Shown here: one piece after another, positions 29,777 through 40,035 of the stretch
Position numbering within the stretch: position 1 is the stretch's first letter
How the letters are laid out: every line of letters begins with the position of its first letter
Translations under genes and position numbers: made by a program
Source of the DNA: an uncultured Chloracidobacterium sp.
GTDB lineage: Bacteria; Acidobacteriota; Blastocatellia; Pyrinomonadales; Pyrinomonadaceae
Length of the DNA stretch: 64,000 nt
NCBI GenBank assembly: GCA_936914845.1
Contig: CAKZGE010000004.1
Span: 409,658 to 473,657, forward strand
Direction: 5' to 3'
The notes under the pieces: generated by a model
Database searches by the model: none
What the model saw: only the letters and a program-made list of their open reading frames with translations
Told to the model about the DNA's origin: nothing

Positions 29777-30700
29777 TTATTTCTTCAGGTATCTATTGAA
29801 GAACGCAAGCAGGTCGCTGTTCACGTTTTCGCCGTCGTTCTTATGTCTCAATTTACATTCGATCTTCAGAGCATCCATGCGCTTTTTCAACGCCTTTCCA
29901 AAATTCGGATGATGGATCGCATCGCTAACGCTCGTTTCTTCGGTCATCGGTCGATCCTCGACGGTGTACATCGCCCAGACAGGCGGATCACCGGCGCTCA
30001 GATAGGTTGTTGGGGATGATTCGAGCATCTTTGCTTTCAGCTCGGGCGACGCGGCTTTCAAACCAAATATCTTGCCGTTGGCAAAACTGTGTTTGAATAC
30101 CGCAGAACCGACTTCGTTCTGAAGAACATCGGGGTCGAGCGTGGTTTGGGCCGAAAAGACGGCAATAGCCATGACCCGCGTCGATTCTCTCAGCACGGCG
30201 TCGCTGTTTTTGGGATCGGCCAGATCGTCGTGAAAGCCGATCCACAAAGCCGTAAGGGCTCCGGCGGAGCTGCCCGTCAGAGCGACACGTGCTTTATCGA
30301 TATTCCAATCTTTGGCGTTAAGACGAGCGAATTGTATCGCACGTGCCGCATCCATATACAGTTCCGGCAGCTTTACTTCCGGGAAGAGACGGTAGTTGAT
30401 CGACATGACAGCATAGCCATTTTTTAGAAACTGGTCCAAAAGACTGGCAGAAAGCTTATCTTTATCGCCGTTGACAAAACCGCCGCCATGAATGAAGACC
30501 ACGAGCGGCGTAGCTTTTTTCGCCTTTGGCCTCCAGAGATCGAAGGTATTTCTTTGATGTTCGCCATATTTGCCGTCCACGATGTCCGGCGTGGGCTTTT
30601 CCGCTGCGGATGATCTGCCATCTTTTTGTGCGGCGGCCATTACTGTCATCGCAAACAGCATGGCCCATATGCTTAATGTTCGTAAAGATCTTGATCTCAT
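29777..30700 (-). CDS. secreted alpha/beta-hydrolase esterase (HSL/carboxylesterase-like)
   Basis: 307 aa. Signal peptide. VVFIHGGGF oxyanion motif and GSSAG (GxSxG) nucleophile elbow. Confidence 0.7.
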   Translation of the reverse strand: MRSRSLRTLSIWAMLFAMTVMAAAQKDGRSSAAEKPTPDIVDGKYGEHQRNTFDLWRPKAKKATPLVVFIHGGGFVNGDKDKLSASLLDQFLKNGYAVMSINYRLFPEVKLPELYMDAARAIQFARLNAKDWNIDKARVALTGSSAGALTALWIGFHDDLADPKNSDAVLRESTRVMAIAVFSAQTTLDPDVLQNEVGSAVFKHSFANGKIFGLKAASPELKAKMLESSPTTYLSAGDPPVWAMYTVEDRPMTEETSVSDAIHHPNFGKALKKRMDALKIECKLRHKNDGENVNSDLLAFFNRYLKK

Positions 30701-30704
30701 AATT

Positions 30705-32018
30705 TTATTTTCCTTCCGTTAAAGATGTTTCTAGAAAATCGAACATCCTGTCCATTTGCTCCGGTGTTGCCGTGTGGCCGATCTCCAACGAAAGCTGAAG
30801 ACGTTTCGGGGCAGAGATGAGGTTGTAAACAGCAAACATTGATGTCGGCGGAACTACCTCGTCGTTGTAGCCCCAACCGTAAAGCCCGGGGACGGTCAAA
30901 CGCCGTGCAAAATTTGCCGCATCATAATAGGATGCCGTTTCGAGCTTTTCCTTGGAGCGCATTTTTTCGTCTCGAAAAGCGTGCGGCCAGCCGCCCGCAC
31001 GTCCCGCGACATAGCCGGCGGTGTCTCCGAGAGCCGGATACATCGCCGCAAGCGCTTTTACGCGCTTGTCCAAGGCGGCGGTCATGATCGATAAAGCCCC
31101 GCCCTGACTGCTGCCGATAACACCGAGATCACGGCCATTGTATTGCGGCAATGAAACTAAAAAGTCGTTGGCACGCAAACAACCGAGGTAAACTCGGCGG
31201 TAATAGTAAGAATCTTTGTCATCAAGGTTGTACAGCATATACCGGTTCAATGCACCGGAACGGAGGTCATCGTAAACGGAGGCCGGAAGTGTGACCGGAA
31301 TCCCGTGAATGCCTATCTCCAGTGTAATGAAGCCTCTTTCGGCCATGCTGACCGATCCGGTGTACGGGCGAACGCCGGCACCCGGAACGCGAAGAAGCGC
31401 AGGAAATCTTTGTTCTGGTGAAGAGGTTTTAGGGATCGCCAAGATCCCGTAAATGCGGCTGTTCTTGCTGATGCCGGAGCCGACATTCTGAAAACTGACA
31501 TGGAAGACATCTACTTTGGAGGTGCTCAGGTCGGGCAGCCGCTCCATCTTTGTTTCAAGCGGAATCGCATCAAGAGCTTTGCGGCCCTGCTGCCAAAACC
31601 GATCAAAATCTTTCGGCTCAGCGGTTACCGGCCTTATTTGGTCCGGCCGATACCCGGCGGTAGCCAGCCCGCGATATGATCTGCCGCCTACATCAAGAGC
31701 GGCAATACAACGGAGGAAACCGGGCTGTTTCATTCCGTCAAGTTCGATCGCGAAAGGCTTGTCGGAGGTAGTGATGGACCCTTCTGCGGTGGGAGGCATC
31801 TGTTCGGGGCCGCACGCATATTTTACGGGCAATCCGGCGACCTGGCTGTTGTTAAGCGTGACGGCAATAGTAAAGACGGCCTTTTGCCCGAGTTCATAGT
31901 TCCAATTCGCATGATCCAGCGATATCCGGACCTGGTAGGCTCCGATCTGGTCTTGACCAAATGCCGCGGCGGCAGAGGCGAACAGGATCAAGAAGAAGCA
32001 AAAAGATCGTACCGGCAT
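30705..32018 (-). CDS. acetyl-xylan-esterase-like (AXE1/CE7-type) alpha/beta hydrolase, secreted
   Basis: N-terminal beta-sandwich-like extension plus a C-terminal hydrolase with GSSQGGALS (GxSQG motif typical of AXE1/CE7). The start was moved to MPVRSF, where the signal peptide begins, which avoids overlap with the TonB-dependent receptor gene. Confidence 0.6.
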   Translation of the reverse strand: MPVRSFCFFLILFASAAAAFGQDQIGAYQVRISLDHANWNYELGQKAVFTIAVTLNNSQVAGLPVKYACGPEQMPPTAEGSITTSDKPFAIELDGMKQPGFLRCIAALDVGGRSYRGLATAGYRPDQIRPVTAEPKDFDRFWQQGRKALDAIPLETKMERLPDLSTSKVDVFHVSFQNVGSGISKNSRIYGILAIPKTSSPEQRFPALLRVPGAGVRPYTGSVSMAERGFITLEIGIHGIPVTLPASVYDDLRSGALNRYMLYNLDDKDSYYYRRVYLGCLRANDFLVSLPQYNGRDLGVIGSSQGGALSIMTAALDKRVKALAAMYPALGDTAGYVAGRAGGWPHAFRDEKMRSKEKLETASYYDAANFARRLTVPGLYGWGYNDEVVPPTSMFAVYNLISAPKRLQLSLEIGHTATPEQMDRMFDFLETSLTEGK

Positions 32019-32071
32019 ATATTTATCTACAGTAAAAAAGGGGCCGTAAGAACCGGCCCGCTGTTCCTTGA

Positions 32072-35000
32072 TCAAAAAGTGAACCGCGCCGCAAACTGCA
32101 TCTCGCGATTAGGCGTAACGGTTTGGTAAAATTCACCCGTATTGCTCGTCAAAAGAAGATGCTGCGGTATCTGATAGTTGCTTTGGTTCAGTGCATTGAA
32201 CACTTCCCATCGAAGCTGAAGCCGCATCTTTTCGGCGAAACGGAAATTTTTGAAAAGCGACAGATCGACCGTTTGGTATTTTGGCCCGATCAGAATGTTG
32301 CGTCCGGAATTTCCGAACAATGTCGGATCATCGATGCTGGCCACCGGCCGTGCAAAGGCATTTTCATTGAAATACAAACCGGGAGGGACATTCGCCATCG
32401 GATCGCCAACAAGGTCAGGTCGGCCGGAAGCGGTATCGAGGGAACTGAATACCGGCGTGAACGGACGGCCCGAAAGCAGGGTCACAATACCATTTATCTG
32501 CCAGCCGCCGATCAATGCATCTGTCAAGCCTCTAGCTCCGCGAAAGAAGCTGCCGCGGCGGCCAAAGGGGATCAGGTAGTTGAAGCTAGCGGAGAATTGG
32601 TGCGTTCGGTGCTGATCGGCGAGGCCCCAATCTTTGCGAAAATCGTGAATATCCTGCGGGTTTTTTTGAGCTCCGGTCGTGGAATTGTTCGTGCTGGAAT
32701 TCTGATCCATGGTCTTGCCGAAAGTGTATGACGCCAGCAGCGTCAATCCGTTCTTTGAACGACGGCGGATCGCCGCCTGAACGGCGTTATAGTTTGAATT
32801 TACACCCTGGATCTGATAGGTAATGTCGCCGAACTGTGGAAAGGCACGGGCCGTGACGGGGATACCGGCACTTATAGCTCCCGTCGGATACGGATAATTC
32901 AAATTGTACCGCATACCCAAACGCCGCCCCTGAGATCCAACATAGCCGATCTCCAGGCCGAGGTCGTCGGCAAGTTCATGCTCGAACGTAAGATTGTAGT
33001 GATATACCTCCGGGGTTTGTGAATCTGACGGAATGCCCTGCGGAGTATTCAAGCCCTGTAGCGACGCACGTGGCGACGGAAACGGGTCTTCGAGACGGAT
33101 CTGCCATATATCTGCAGTGGAAGATCGCGAGAACTGTTCCCGGAACAGATAGGGATAATTGTTCGCCAGCTGCTGACGGGCAGGATTGATCGTTTCCGTG
33201 CTGAAGAATATGCCGATGCCGCCGCGAACAACCGTTTTGCCTTTTTTGAAAGGATCGATGGCAAAACCGACCCGCGGAGCGAGATTATTGGTATCGGTAT
33301 CTACCAGTGCACGGGAAAGGCCGAGCGAATTCGCATCGCGGCAAATAACGACACCATTGACGTCTCGTTTTTCGCCGTCAGCACAAGCCGCCATTCCGAT
33401 CTCCGGAATGAAATTGGAGAGCCTGTTCGTCCTTTCGTATAAAAACGGTGTGTAATCATAACGAAGACCAAGATTCAGGGTCAGCCACGGAGCTACTCGC
33501 CAATTGTCCTGAATGTAAAAGGCGGTTTGCCAAGCACGCAGATCTGCGGGTTCGGCACCGGTTTGACGTTGGGTAGAATCGACGATGCCGTACATAAAGT
33601 CCGCAAAAGAGCGAAAGCCATTGGCGGTGGCATTGGCCGGGTTGGTAAATCGGCCACGGAAACGAAAATCGCCGCGGACGTTGCGGATATCGGTTTCGAT
33701 ATAGTTCGGGCGAACAGCATCAAAACCGATCTTGAGATTGTGCTTTCCGACGATCCAGGTCAACGAATCATAGATCGAAAGGTTTTTGTAAACGTAATTG
33801 AACGGGGTATTCGCACTATCGCCCGTATCCGGAAATCCATCAATGCGGATCGCCGGAAAGCCCTGCCATTCCGGAAGTTGGCCGGTCGGCAAGCCCGGAA
33901 TTCCAAATTGTCCGATGAAATCGATCCCGTTATTCTGATTGACGGTCTTATTGTCCTGATCCAGATAGCCGATACGGAATTCATTGACGATCGTCGGCGA
34001 AAATGTATGCGTGTCGCTGAAGGCATAAGACTTTTGGCGATACACAACGTCCCGGCCAAATCCCGGATAGGAAACACGCCCAACGGCACCCGGGGTTCGG
34101 GCATCGCGGTCATCCGTAGCAAAGCGGATATAGAATGAATTCTTGTCGGTCAGCTTGCGGTCGATCTTTGCCGAAAAAAGATTTCGCGGCAGCACATTGC
34201 TGAGCACCGAAAAATTATAGCCATCGATACCATTGTTGGCCGTCGGCAGATATTGCAGCATCTGCAAGGCGATCGGGCTGGCGGTCAAAAGATTTGGGCG
34301 CGTAGGATCCGGGGACAGCGGAATAACGTTTGGTGTCGGACATTCGACCCGTGTCGGGCGCAGCGGATTCGAACTTGTCTGCAAACACATTACACGGTTC
34401 GTATCATCAGCGTTTCCCCAAATGCCGTCCGGGCCTGCTCCGCGAACGTTTCGAAAATCTCCCAGCCGCCACGCCGCACTCGGTGCGATCGAAGAAGAGG
34501 TATTGGAGCGTATCTCGCGGGTTTGTTCGAAGGATGCAAAAAAGAAGGTCTTGTTGCGTCCGCTGTCGAACATCGGGCCGCCTTCGCCGAAATTAAAGAA
34601 CGGCAAGCGGCCGCCGAAAGAGCCGCCAAATTGATTTCTGATCAGCTTTTTCTCGTCTCCGGGCGTATAAAAGGGGCTTTGAGCGTCAAAGGCATCGTTG
34701 CGTAGAAATTCGAACAGGGAGCCGGCATAGCGATTGGAGCCGGATTTTGAGACAACGCTGACCTGTGCTCCGCCAACCCGGCCAAGCTCTGCTGAATAGG
34801 TCGAAGTCGAAACCTTGAATTCCTGAATGGATTCGATCGAGGTATTGACGCCAACGCCGCCGTCTCGATCATTCCTGTTGGCAACACCATCAAGAATAAA
34901 ATTTGATGAATCGGTGCGTGTGCCCGCGGAGCCGAGCCCTTGGCCTTGGTCGTCTTCAGAAGGCCGGCGATAGATTCCCGGGACCAGCAAGGCGAGATCT

Positions 35001-35473
35001 TTAAAATCCCGACCGTTCAGCTGGAGTTCGGTCACCTGGCGTTCGGTGATGACCTCGCCCTTTTCAGGTGTGTCAGTATTGATCACCGGCGGTTCCGAAT
35101 TGATCGTCACCACTTCAGAAATATTTCCTGCTTCGAGCGTAAGATTGATACGCGTCGTGGTGTCCGTCAAAAGCGTGACGTCTTCGCTGACGGCGGTTTT
35201 GAAATTGGCCATCGTCACCGTTACCTTATAGACACTTGGGGGCAATTGGGTGATGGTATATTCGCCATTTTCACCGGAGACCACGGTTCGTGTCAGATTG
35301 GTTCCGGTTTGCGTGGCCGTGATCTCTGCTCCGGCGACGGATGCACCGTTAGAATCGGTGATCTTGCCGACCAGTGTTGATGTGGTCGATTGTGCGGCCG
35401 CGGTCGCCGCAAACACCAGCAGCAGAGCGAGAATCAGCGAAGCTGTTCCCAGGACATTGGTATTTCTGATCAT
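32072..35473 (-). CDS. TonB-dependent receptor with N-terminal carboxypeptidase-regulatory-like domain
   Basis: 1133 aa. Signal peptide. CarbopepD_reg-like beta-sandwich (GKITDSNGASVAGAEITATQTGTN), plug and 22-strand barrel features. C-terminal aromatic residue (...ARFTF). Confidence 0.85.
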   Translation of the reverse strand: MIRNTNVLGTASLILALLLVFAATAAAQSTTSTLVGKITDSNGASVAGAEITATQTGTNLTRTVVSGENGEYTITQLPPSVYKVTVTMANFKTAVSEDVTLLTDTTTRINLTLEAGNISEVVTINSEPPVINTDTPEKGEVITERQVTELQLNGRDFKDLALLVPGIYRRPSEDDQGQGLGSAGTRTDSSNFILDGVANRNDRDGGVGVNTSIESIQEFKVSTSTYSAELGRVGGAQVSVVSKSGSNRYAGSLFEFLRNDAFDAQSPFYTPGDEKKLIRNQFGGSFGGRLPFFNFGEGGPMFDSGRNKTFFFASFEQTREIRSNTSSSIAPSAAWRLGDFRNVRGAGPDGIWGNADDTNRVMCLQTSSNPLRPTRVECPTPNVIPLSPDPTRPNLLTASPIALQMLQYLPTANNGIDGYNFSVLSNVLPRNLFSAKIDRKLTDKNSFYIRFATDDRDARTPGAVGRVSYPGFGRDVVYRQKSYAFSDTHTFSPTIVNEFRIGYLDQDNKTVNQNNGIDFIGQFGIPGLPTGQLPEWQGFPAIRIDGFPDTGDSANTPFNYVYKNLSIYDSLTWIVGKHNLKIGFDAVRPNYIETDIRNVRGDFRFRGRFTNPANATANGFRSFADFMYGIVDSTQRQTGAEPADLRAWQTAFYIQDNWRVAPWLTLNLGLRYDYTPFLYERTNRLSNFIPEIGMAACADGEKRDVNGVVICRDANSLGLSRALVDTDTNNLAPRVGFAIDPFKKGKTVVRGGIGIFFSTETINPARQQLANNYPYLFREQFSRSSTADIWQIRLEDPFPSPRASLQGLNTPQGIPSDSQTPEVYHYNLTFEHELADDLGLEIGYVGSQGRRLGMRYNLNYPYPTGAISAGIPVTARAFPQFGDITYQIQGVNSNYNAVQAAIRRRSKNGLTLLASYTFGKTMDQNSSTNNSTTGAQKNPQDIHDFRKDWGLADQHRTHQFSASFNYLIPFGRRGSFFRGARGLTDALIGGWQINGIVTLLSGRPFTPVFSSLDTASGRPDLVGDPMANVPPGLYFNENAFARPVASIDDPTLFGNSGRNILIGPKYQTVDLSLFKNFRFAEKMRLQLRWEVFNALNQSNYQIPQHLLLTSNTGEFYQTVTPNREMQFAARFTF

Positions 35474-35510
35474 AATCTCTCCTTCAATATGGCCGGGGGC
35501 GGCCCGTCTT

Positions 35511-36314
35511 TTAATCCATCAGCATTCCGCCGTTTACCTCGATCGTTTCACCACACAGATAGCTGGCGGCATCAGAAGCGAGAAACCCGATCACGGTGGC
35601 AACCTCGGAAGATCTGCCGACCCGACCCATCGGAATTATGTTCTGTGCAAAATTCTTCATCGCTTCGGGCGTTGAGAAGATCTCGTGAAAAGGGGTATCA
35701 ATAACTCCGGGAGAAACTGCGTTGATGCGGATCCCTTGTGCGGCAAATTCCTTAGCCATGCCCTTGGTCATGGTCAAAATGGCCGCTTTGCCGGATGAAT
35801 AGTGGATAGAGCCGGGAGCTCCGCCATTGCGGGCGGCGATCGATGTGGTATTAACGATCACACCGGAGCCTTTTTCCAGCATTTTGGGTATTACCGCCTG
35901 CGAGGCAAAAAAGGCGCTTTTTACGTTTAGGTCGATCACCTCATCCCAGCGAGATTCATTTAGTTCAAGGGTGCGGAGCCGCTCCACCAACGAACCGGCA
36001 TTGTTGACCAGAATATCGACCGGGCCGAGCTTTTCTTCGACCTCGCGTACCATTTCCAGGATCTCTGCCGTATGAATGACATTGGCCCGAACAGTAATCG
36101 CACGGCCCGTTCCGGCTGCTTCATTGATGGTTGCGGCTGCAGCTTCTGCCCCGGCCTGATTGTTGTGAAAATGTACGGCGACCGATGCTCCGCAAGCACC
36201 AAAAAATTCCGCTGTCGCGCGACCGATACCGCTTGAGGCACCGGTAACGAGAACGATCTTTCCGCTGAAATCAAAATAATTTTGCATAGTCTGTATTTTT
36301 GTTTTTACTCCCAA
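35511..36314 (-). CDS. SDR family oxidoreductase (KduD / DEH-reductase / FabG-like)
   Basis: 267 aa. VTGASSGIGRA Rossmann motif, NNAG motif, and YxxxK (YSSGKAA). Confidence 0.75.
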   Translation of the reverse strand: MGVKTKIQTMQNYFDFSGKIVLVTGASSGIGRATAEFFGACGASVAVHFHNNQAGAEAAAATINEAAGTGRAITVRANVIHTAEILEMVREVEEKLGPVDILVNNAGSLVERLRTLELNESRWDEVIDLNVKSAFFASQAVIPKMLEKGSGVIVNTTSIAARNGGAPGSIHYSSGKAAILTMTKGMAKEFAAQGIRINAVSPGVIDTPFHEIFSTPEAMKNFAQNIIPMGRVGRSSEVATVIGFLASDAASYLCGETIEVNGGMLMD

Positions 36315-36317
36315 TTT

Positions 36318-37721
36318 TTAGATAGATCTGTTAGCTTCGCCGACCTTTGCGATCTTGCCGACAAAGAGAAAAAGAGCGGCTGTGCCAAGCGGGGCCAAAA
36401 GCCCGGCGGCAACTAATATCGGTGTATAAGAGAAATGATCAACGACCCATCCGGTAGTGAAAATAAAGATCATCGAGCCAAAACCGGCCCCTGTGCCGCC
36501 CAAGCCGGCGACCGACCCGACCGCCTTTGATGAGAATAGATCGCTCGGTAAAGTTTGGACGTTATTGATCCATACCTGAAAGCCGAATAGAACCACGGAG
36601 ATCAAGCCGAGTGCGGCCATCGCGTTTGGTGTGAAAGCAGCGGCAATGCCCGCCGGCATAAGGCAAGCGGCAAAGAGGATGACGGTTTTACGGGCCTTGT
36701 TAACAGACCAGCCGCGGCCGATAAGATGCCCCGAGAGCCATCCGCCAAATAGGCTGCCGGCGTCTGCGGCAACGAAGGGTACCCAGGCGAACAAGCCGAT
36801 ATCGCGCAGCTCAAATCCATGGACCTTGCTTAGGAAAAGCGGCAGCCACGTGATATAAAGCCACCAGACAGGGTCAACAAGAAAACGCGAAAGGACGATT
36901 CCCCACGTTTGACGGTAGGTCAAAAGTTCGAACCATCCGATCGCTTTTTCTTCCGGAACGGTCACGGGAGCCTGAGCAGCGATCGTGGTCTCAGACATCG
37001 GGACCGGTTCCATTGTTTGCGGCTGTTCTTTTATCAGCCGATATTCCTCTTGCGTCAGCCAGCGATGATCTTCCGGCGTGTCATAAATGAACCACCACAT
37101 GCCAAGCCATATAAATCCGAGCAAGCCGGTAACTATGAAAACATCGTGCCAATTGCCGAACAGGGCCGCGAGTCCGACGATCAGAGGTGTGGCAACGATC
37201 GAACCTATTGCCGCACCGCTGTTGAATATCGCCATACCCATAGCCCGCTGGCGAGCAGGGAACCATTCGGCGACCGTTTTCGCCGCACCGGGCCAATTGC
37301 CGGCTTCTCCGAACCCCAATACGAACCGACAAGCACTCAGCCCGCGGATCGTGGTCGCCCAAGCGGTGGCGATCCCCGCCAAGGACCAGACCGTGATCGA
37401 CAACGTAAAGCCTTTTTTTATCCCGATCTTGTCGTAAAGCTTGCCGGAAAGACTTTGACTTACCGTATAGGCAAGCAAAAACCAAGTGGCGATCGCACCG
37501 AATTCGGTATTGTTCAACCCCAGGTCGTTCATAATGGTCGGACCCAAAACCGAGATCGTCATACGGTCGATGTAATTGATAAGTGTCGCGAAAAAGATCA
37601 TCGTAATGATGACCCAACGCACGCCGCGGAATTTTGTCCCGCCCGTATTTGTTTGTCCTAGATCGGTCATAAAAAAATCTAAAAGGTCGGTCAGTTGATT
37701 GGATAAACCAATTTGACCCAT
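36318..37721 (-). CDS. MFS transporter (hexuronate / sugar-acid ExuT-like)
   Basis: 12-TM MFS architecture. The ORF-track start overlaps the upstream lyase gene by 47 nt, so an internal Met (MGQIG) was used. Confidence 0.7.
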   Translation of the reverse strand: MGQIGLSNQLTDLLDFFMTDLGQTNTGGTKFRGVRWVIITMIFFATLINYIDRMTISVLGPTIMNDLGLNNTEFGAIATWFLLAYTVSQSLSGKLYDKIGIKKGFTLSITVWSLAGIATAWATTIRGLSACRFVLGFGEAGNWPGAAKTVAEWFPARQRAMGMAIFNSGAAIGSIVATPLIVGLAALFGNWHDVFIVTGLLGFIWLGMWWFIYDTPEDHRWLTQEEYRLIKEQPQTMEPVPMSETTIAAQAPVTVPEEKAIGWFELLTYRQTWGIVLSRFLVDPVWWLYITWLPLFLSKVHGFELRDIGLFAWVPFVAADAGSLFGGWLSGHLIGRGWSVNKARKTVILFAACLMPAGIAAAFTPNAMAALGLISVVLFGFQVWINNVQTLPSDLFSSKAVGSVAGLGGTGAGFGSMIFIFTTGWVVDHFSYTPILVAAGLLAPLGTAALFLFVGKIAKVGEANRSI

Positions 37722-37731
37722 CCGCCATTGC

Positions 37732-40002
37732 CTATTCGGCCGTGCTAAAGATCCCCGTTCTTTTTTGGGAGGAGGCAAATAAGAGGCGGCTTCGCCATGT
37801 CAGGGTCGCAGCATTTTTTACGTACGCCCGGACCGGTTTGCCGGCCGTATCTATCTTGATGACGACCAAGCTGCTGTCTGTTTCGAGCTCTTCGCCGAGG
37901 CCTGTTAAAAAAACGAGATCCTTTGATCCGTCAGGAAACTTGATCGTGATGGTGTCGGCATTCCGCGATACCTCAGGTTTTATTTCGGAAGCCGTGGGAA
38001 ATGGGATCATCACATTGATCAGTTCTGTCGATCTTGCCGCGTCTTGGGTTGCGATGCGAAGCTGCATACCGCGAACTTCCATGTCGCCGTCGGCTACGCT
38101 GCCCGGCAATCCACGGGCTTGCACTTGCTGCGGGACGACCTCCGTCTTTACCGTTAAACCGCTTAGGGGAAAAACACCGAGCGTGACGTCCTGGTTGATA
38201 AGATCGATGCGGCCTTGTTGGATCTTGATATCACGGTCGGCATTGAGCATAAATGTGACGCCCGCCGGTTTTTCGGTTTCGACGAGATCCCGGATCACGA
38301 AATAGCCCGGAGCAAGGTAGAGCATTTCCCGGCGGAAGGTGTTCACGCCAAGTTCCGGGGCATATGCCGCCGAGGCTTCGCCGGACACAAAAAAATGGTC
38401 TCTGCCGCCGTGAGTTTCGCTAATGCGGATGTGGTCGAGGCGGGTCTGAGATATGTCTTTGAAGACCTCGTATCTTCCGTCCTGCTGTTGGCCGCTGCCG
38501 TTTATTAAAAGTGTGTTGTGGTCGTCCGTCTGCTTGATGCCTAAATATCCGGTGTCACCGGTCAGATACTTGCCGCCGGCCCAAATAATGAAGGAATTCG
38601 CGTCCGGATGGGCATGCCCTTGGTTCAACCGCCAATCCTTGATCTTAGGCGACAGTCGTGCCGCATGGTGGCCTTCCGGCGGTGAGCTGCGAAACGCTAT
38701 CGCCGTTGCTCTTTCAGACCAATCCGAACGCCAGAAAACCGTGTCGTTATCGGTAAAATGATGGTAAGCAGATATCTGTTCCAGCGGATCAGATCCAACT
38801 TTCTGATCGCGGTTGATGAATGCCCACATCGGTTCGCGGGTTCCCAGAACCGTCTTTTTTCGCAGATGGTCGGCGACACCTTGCGCTTTTGTATCTTGAT
38901 AGACGGCCGCGAGACGATAGATCATGTCATATTCGGCATATATCTTTTCGCGGGTTGAGATGCCGTTGCGCGTTAGTGAACCTTCGCCGATATCGCCGAT
39001 GTCGAAGATGTTTTTGCTGTCCGGCAGGACCGAATGGATCGCAAAGTATTTAATGCCGGCAAGTTTTGAGCGCATCGGCCGGTATAGGTCTTCGCCGGTG
39101 GCGGCAAGATGGGCGTCGAAATATCTGATCGCCCAACGAAACGCAAAACCGAGGTAATGGAAACTTTCATAAAAGAATCCGTCCGTACCGAAGGTAAGCA
39201 TGGTGCGGTCAAATACCGCCCGCGAAAGCTGTGCCCAGGCCTTGACCTCCGGTGCTTCATCCATGAGAGCGTAAGCGGCGATGGCAAGTCCGGCCATCGG
39301 GATCCAGGTGTGATTTTGGCTGAATGTATAGCGTTTACCTTGCTTGTATTTGAAGTATTCATACATCAGCCGGCCCTGTTTCAAGAGCTTTTCGCGAATA
39401 ATAGACCTTTCTTCGGGTGAAAGTTCCCGGTACAAAAGGTCGTAGGAAAAGGCGACGGCATAAAGCAGATGTGCCGGCGGCAGATCAACATTGGGTTTGT
39501 TGTAGGTATAGCCCCAGAGAGGCATTTCACAGGCCGCGAGCGTCCACTTTTTTGCCGCTGCGAGATATCGCGGATCCTGTTCGACCGCATACGCAAAGGC
39601 TGTTTCGGCTATCTGGAATGCCATGTTGTATTGCGAGATGCTGCCCGGCTTGCGCTTATCGAGTCCGCTTTTATATAGGTCTTCGTCATGCGGGTCGGGA
39701 GCAGGTCGCCGTAGTGTTTGAATATCCGACAGAACCTGCTGCCACAATTCACGGCCATCAGAGGTCTTTGCTTTGGAGCGAAAGGCGAGAATCGAAGCTT
39801 CGGTAAAAAACAACCGTGGATGAACCCCGTTCAGTTCCTTGCGAAGTTCGATTGGGCGGGCGAGGAGTTCGGTAAAAGGTGCGATCTCGTCGATGGGGCG
39901 AGCCATGACGATCGGCGAAATGCTTGTTGCAGAAACAATGAGGAGCAGAGCCGACAACATCGGCACTCGAACCCATTTATTTATGTTAACGATAACATTC
40001 AT
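37732..40002 (-). CDS. heparinase II/III-like polysaccharide lyase with N-terminal alginate-lyase-like domain (paralog of 27777-29774)
   Basis: 756 aa. Signal peptide. Shares blocks with the paralog (WGYTYNKPNVDLPPAHLLYAVAFSY, GHAHPDANSFIIWAGGKYLTGDTGY). Confidence 0.7.
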   Translation of the reverse strand: MNVIVNINKWVRVPMLSALLLIVSATSISPIVMARPIDEIAPFTELLARPIELRKELNGVHPRLFFTEASILAFRSKAKTSDGRELWQQVLSDIQTLRRPAPDPHDEDLYKSGLDKRKPGSISQYNMAFQIAETAFAYAVEQDPRYLAAAKKWTLAACEMPLWGYTYNKPNVDLPPAHLLYAVAFSYDLLYRELSPEERSIIREKLLKQGRLMYEYFKYKQGKRYTFSQNHTWIPMAGLAIAAYALMDEAPEVKAWAQLSRAVFDRTMLTFGTDGFFYESFHYLGFAFRWAIRYFDAHLAATGEDLYRPMRSKLAGIKYFAIHSVLPDSKNIFDIGDIGEGSLTRNGISTREKIYAEYDMIYRLAAVYQDTKAQGVADHLRKKTVLGTREPMWAFINRDQKVGSDPLEQISAYHHFTDNDTVFWRSDWSERATAIAFRSSPPEGHHAARLSPKIKDWRLNQGHAHPDANSFIIWAGGKYLTGDTGYLGIKQTDDHNTLLINGSGQQQDGRYEVFKDISQTRLDHIRISETHGGRDHFFVSGEASAAYAPELGVNTFRREMLYLAPGYFVIRDLVETEKPAGVTFMLNADRDIKIQQGRIDLINQDVTLGVFPLSGLTVKTEVVPQQVQARGLPGSVADGDMEVRGMQLRIATQDAARSTELINVMIPFPTASEIKPEVSRNADTITIKFPDGSKDLVFLTGLGEELETDSSLVVIKIDTAGKPVRAYVKNAATLTWRSRLLFASSQKRTGIFSTAE

Positions 40003-40035
40003 AGATGCTAAGCATTCTCCGGTTAATACATGAGT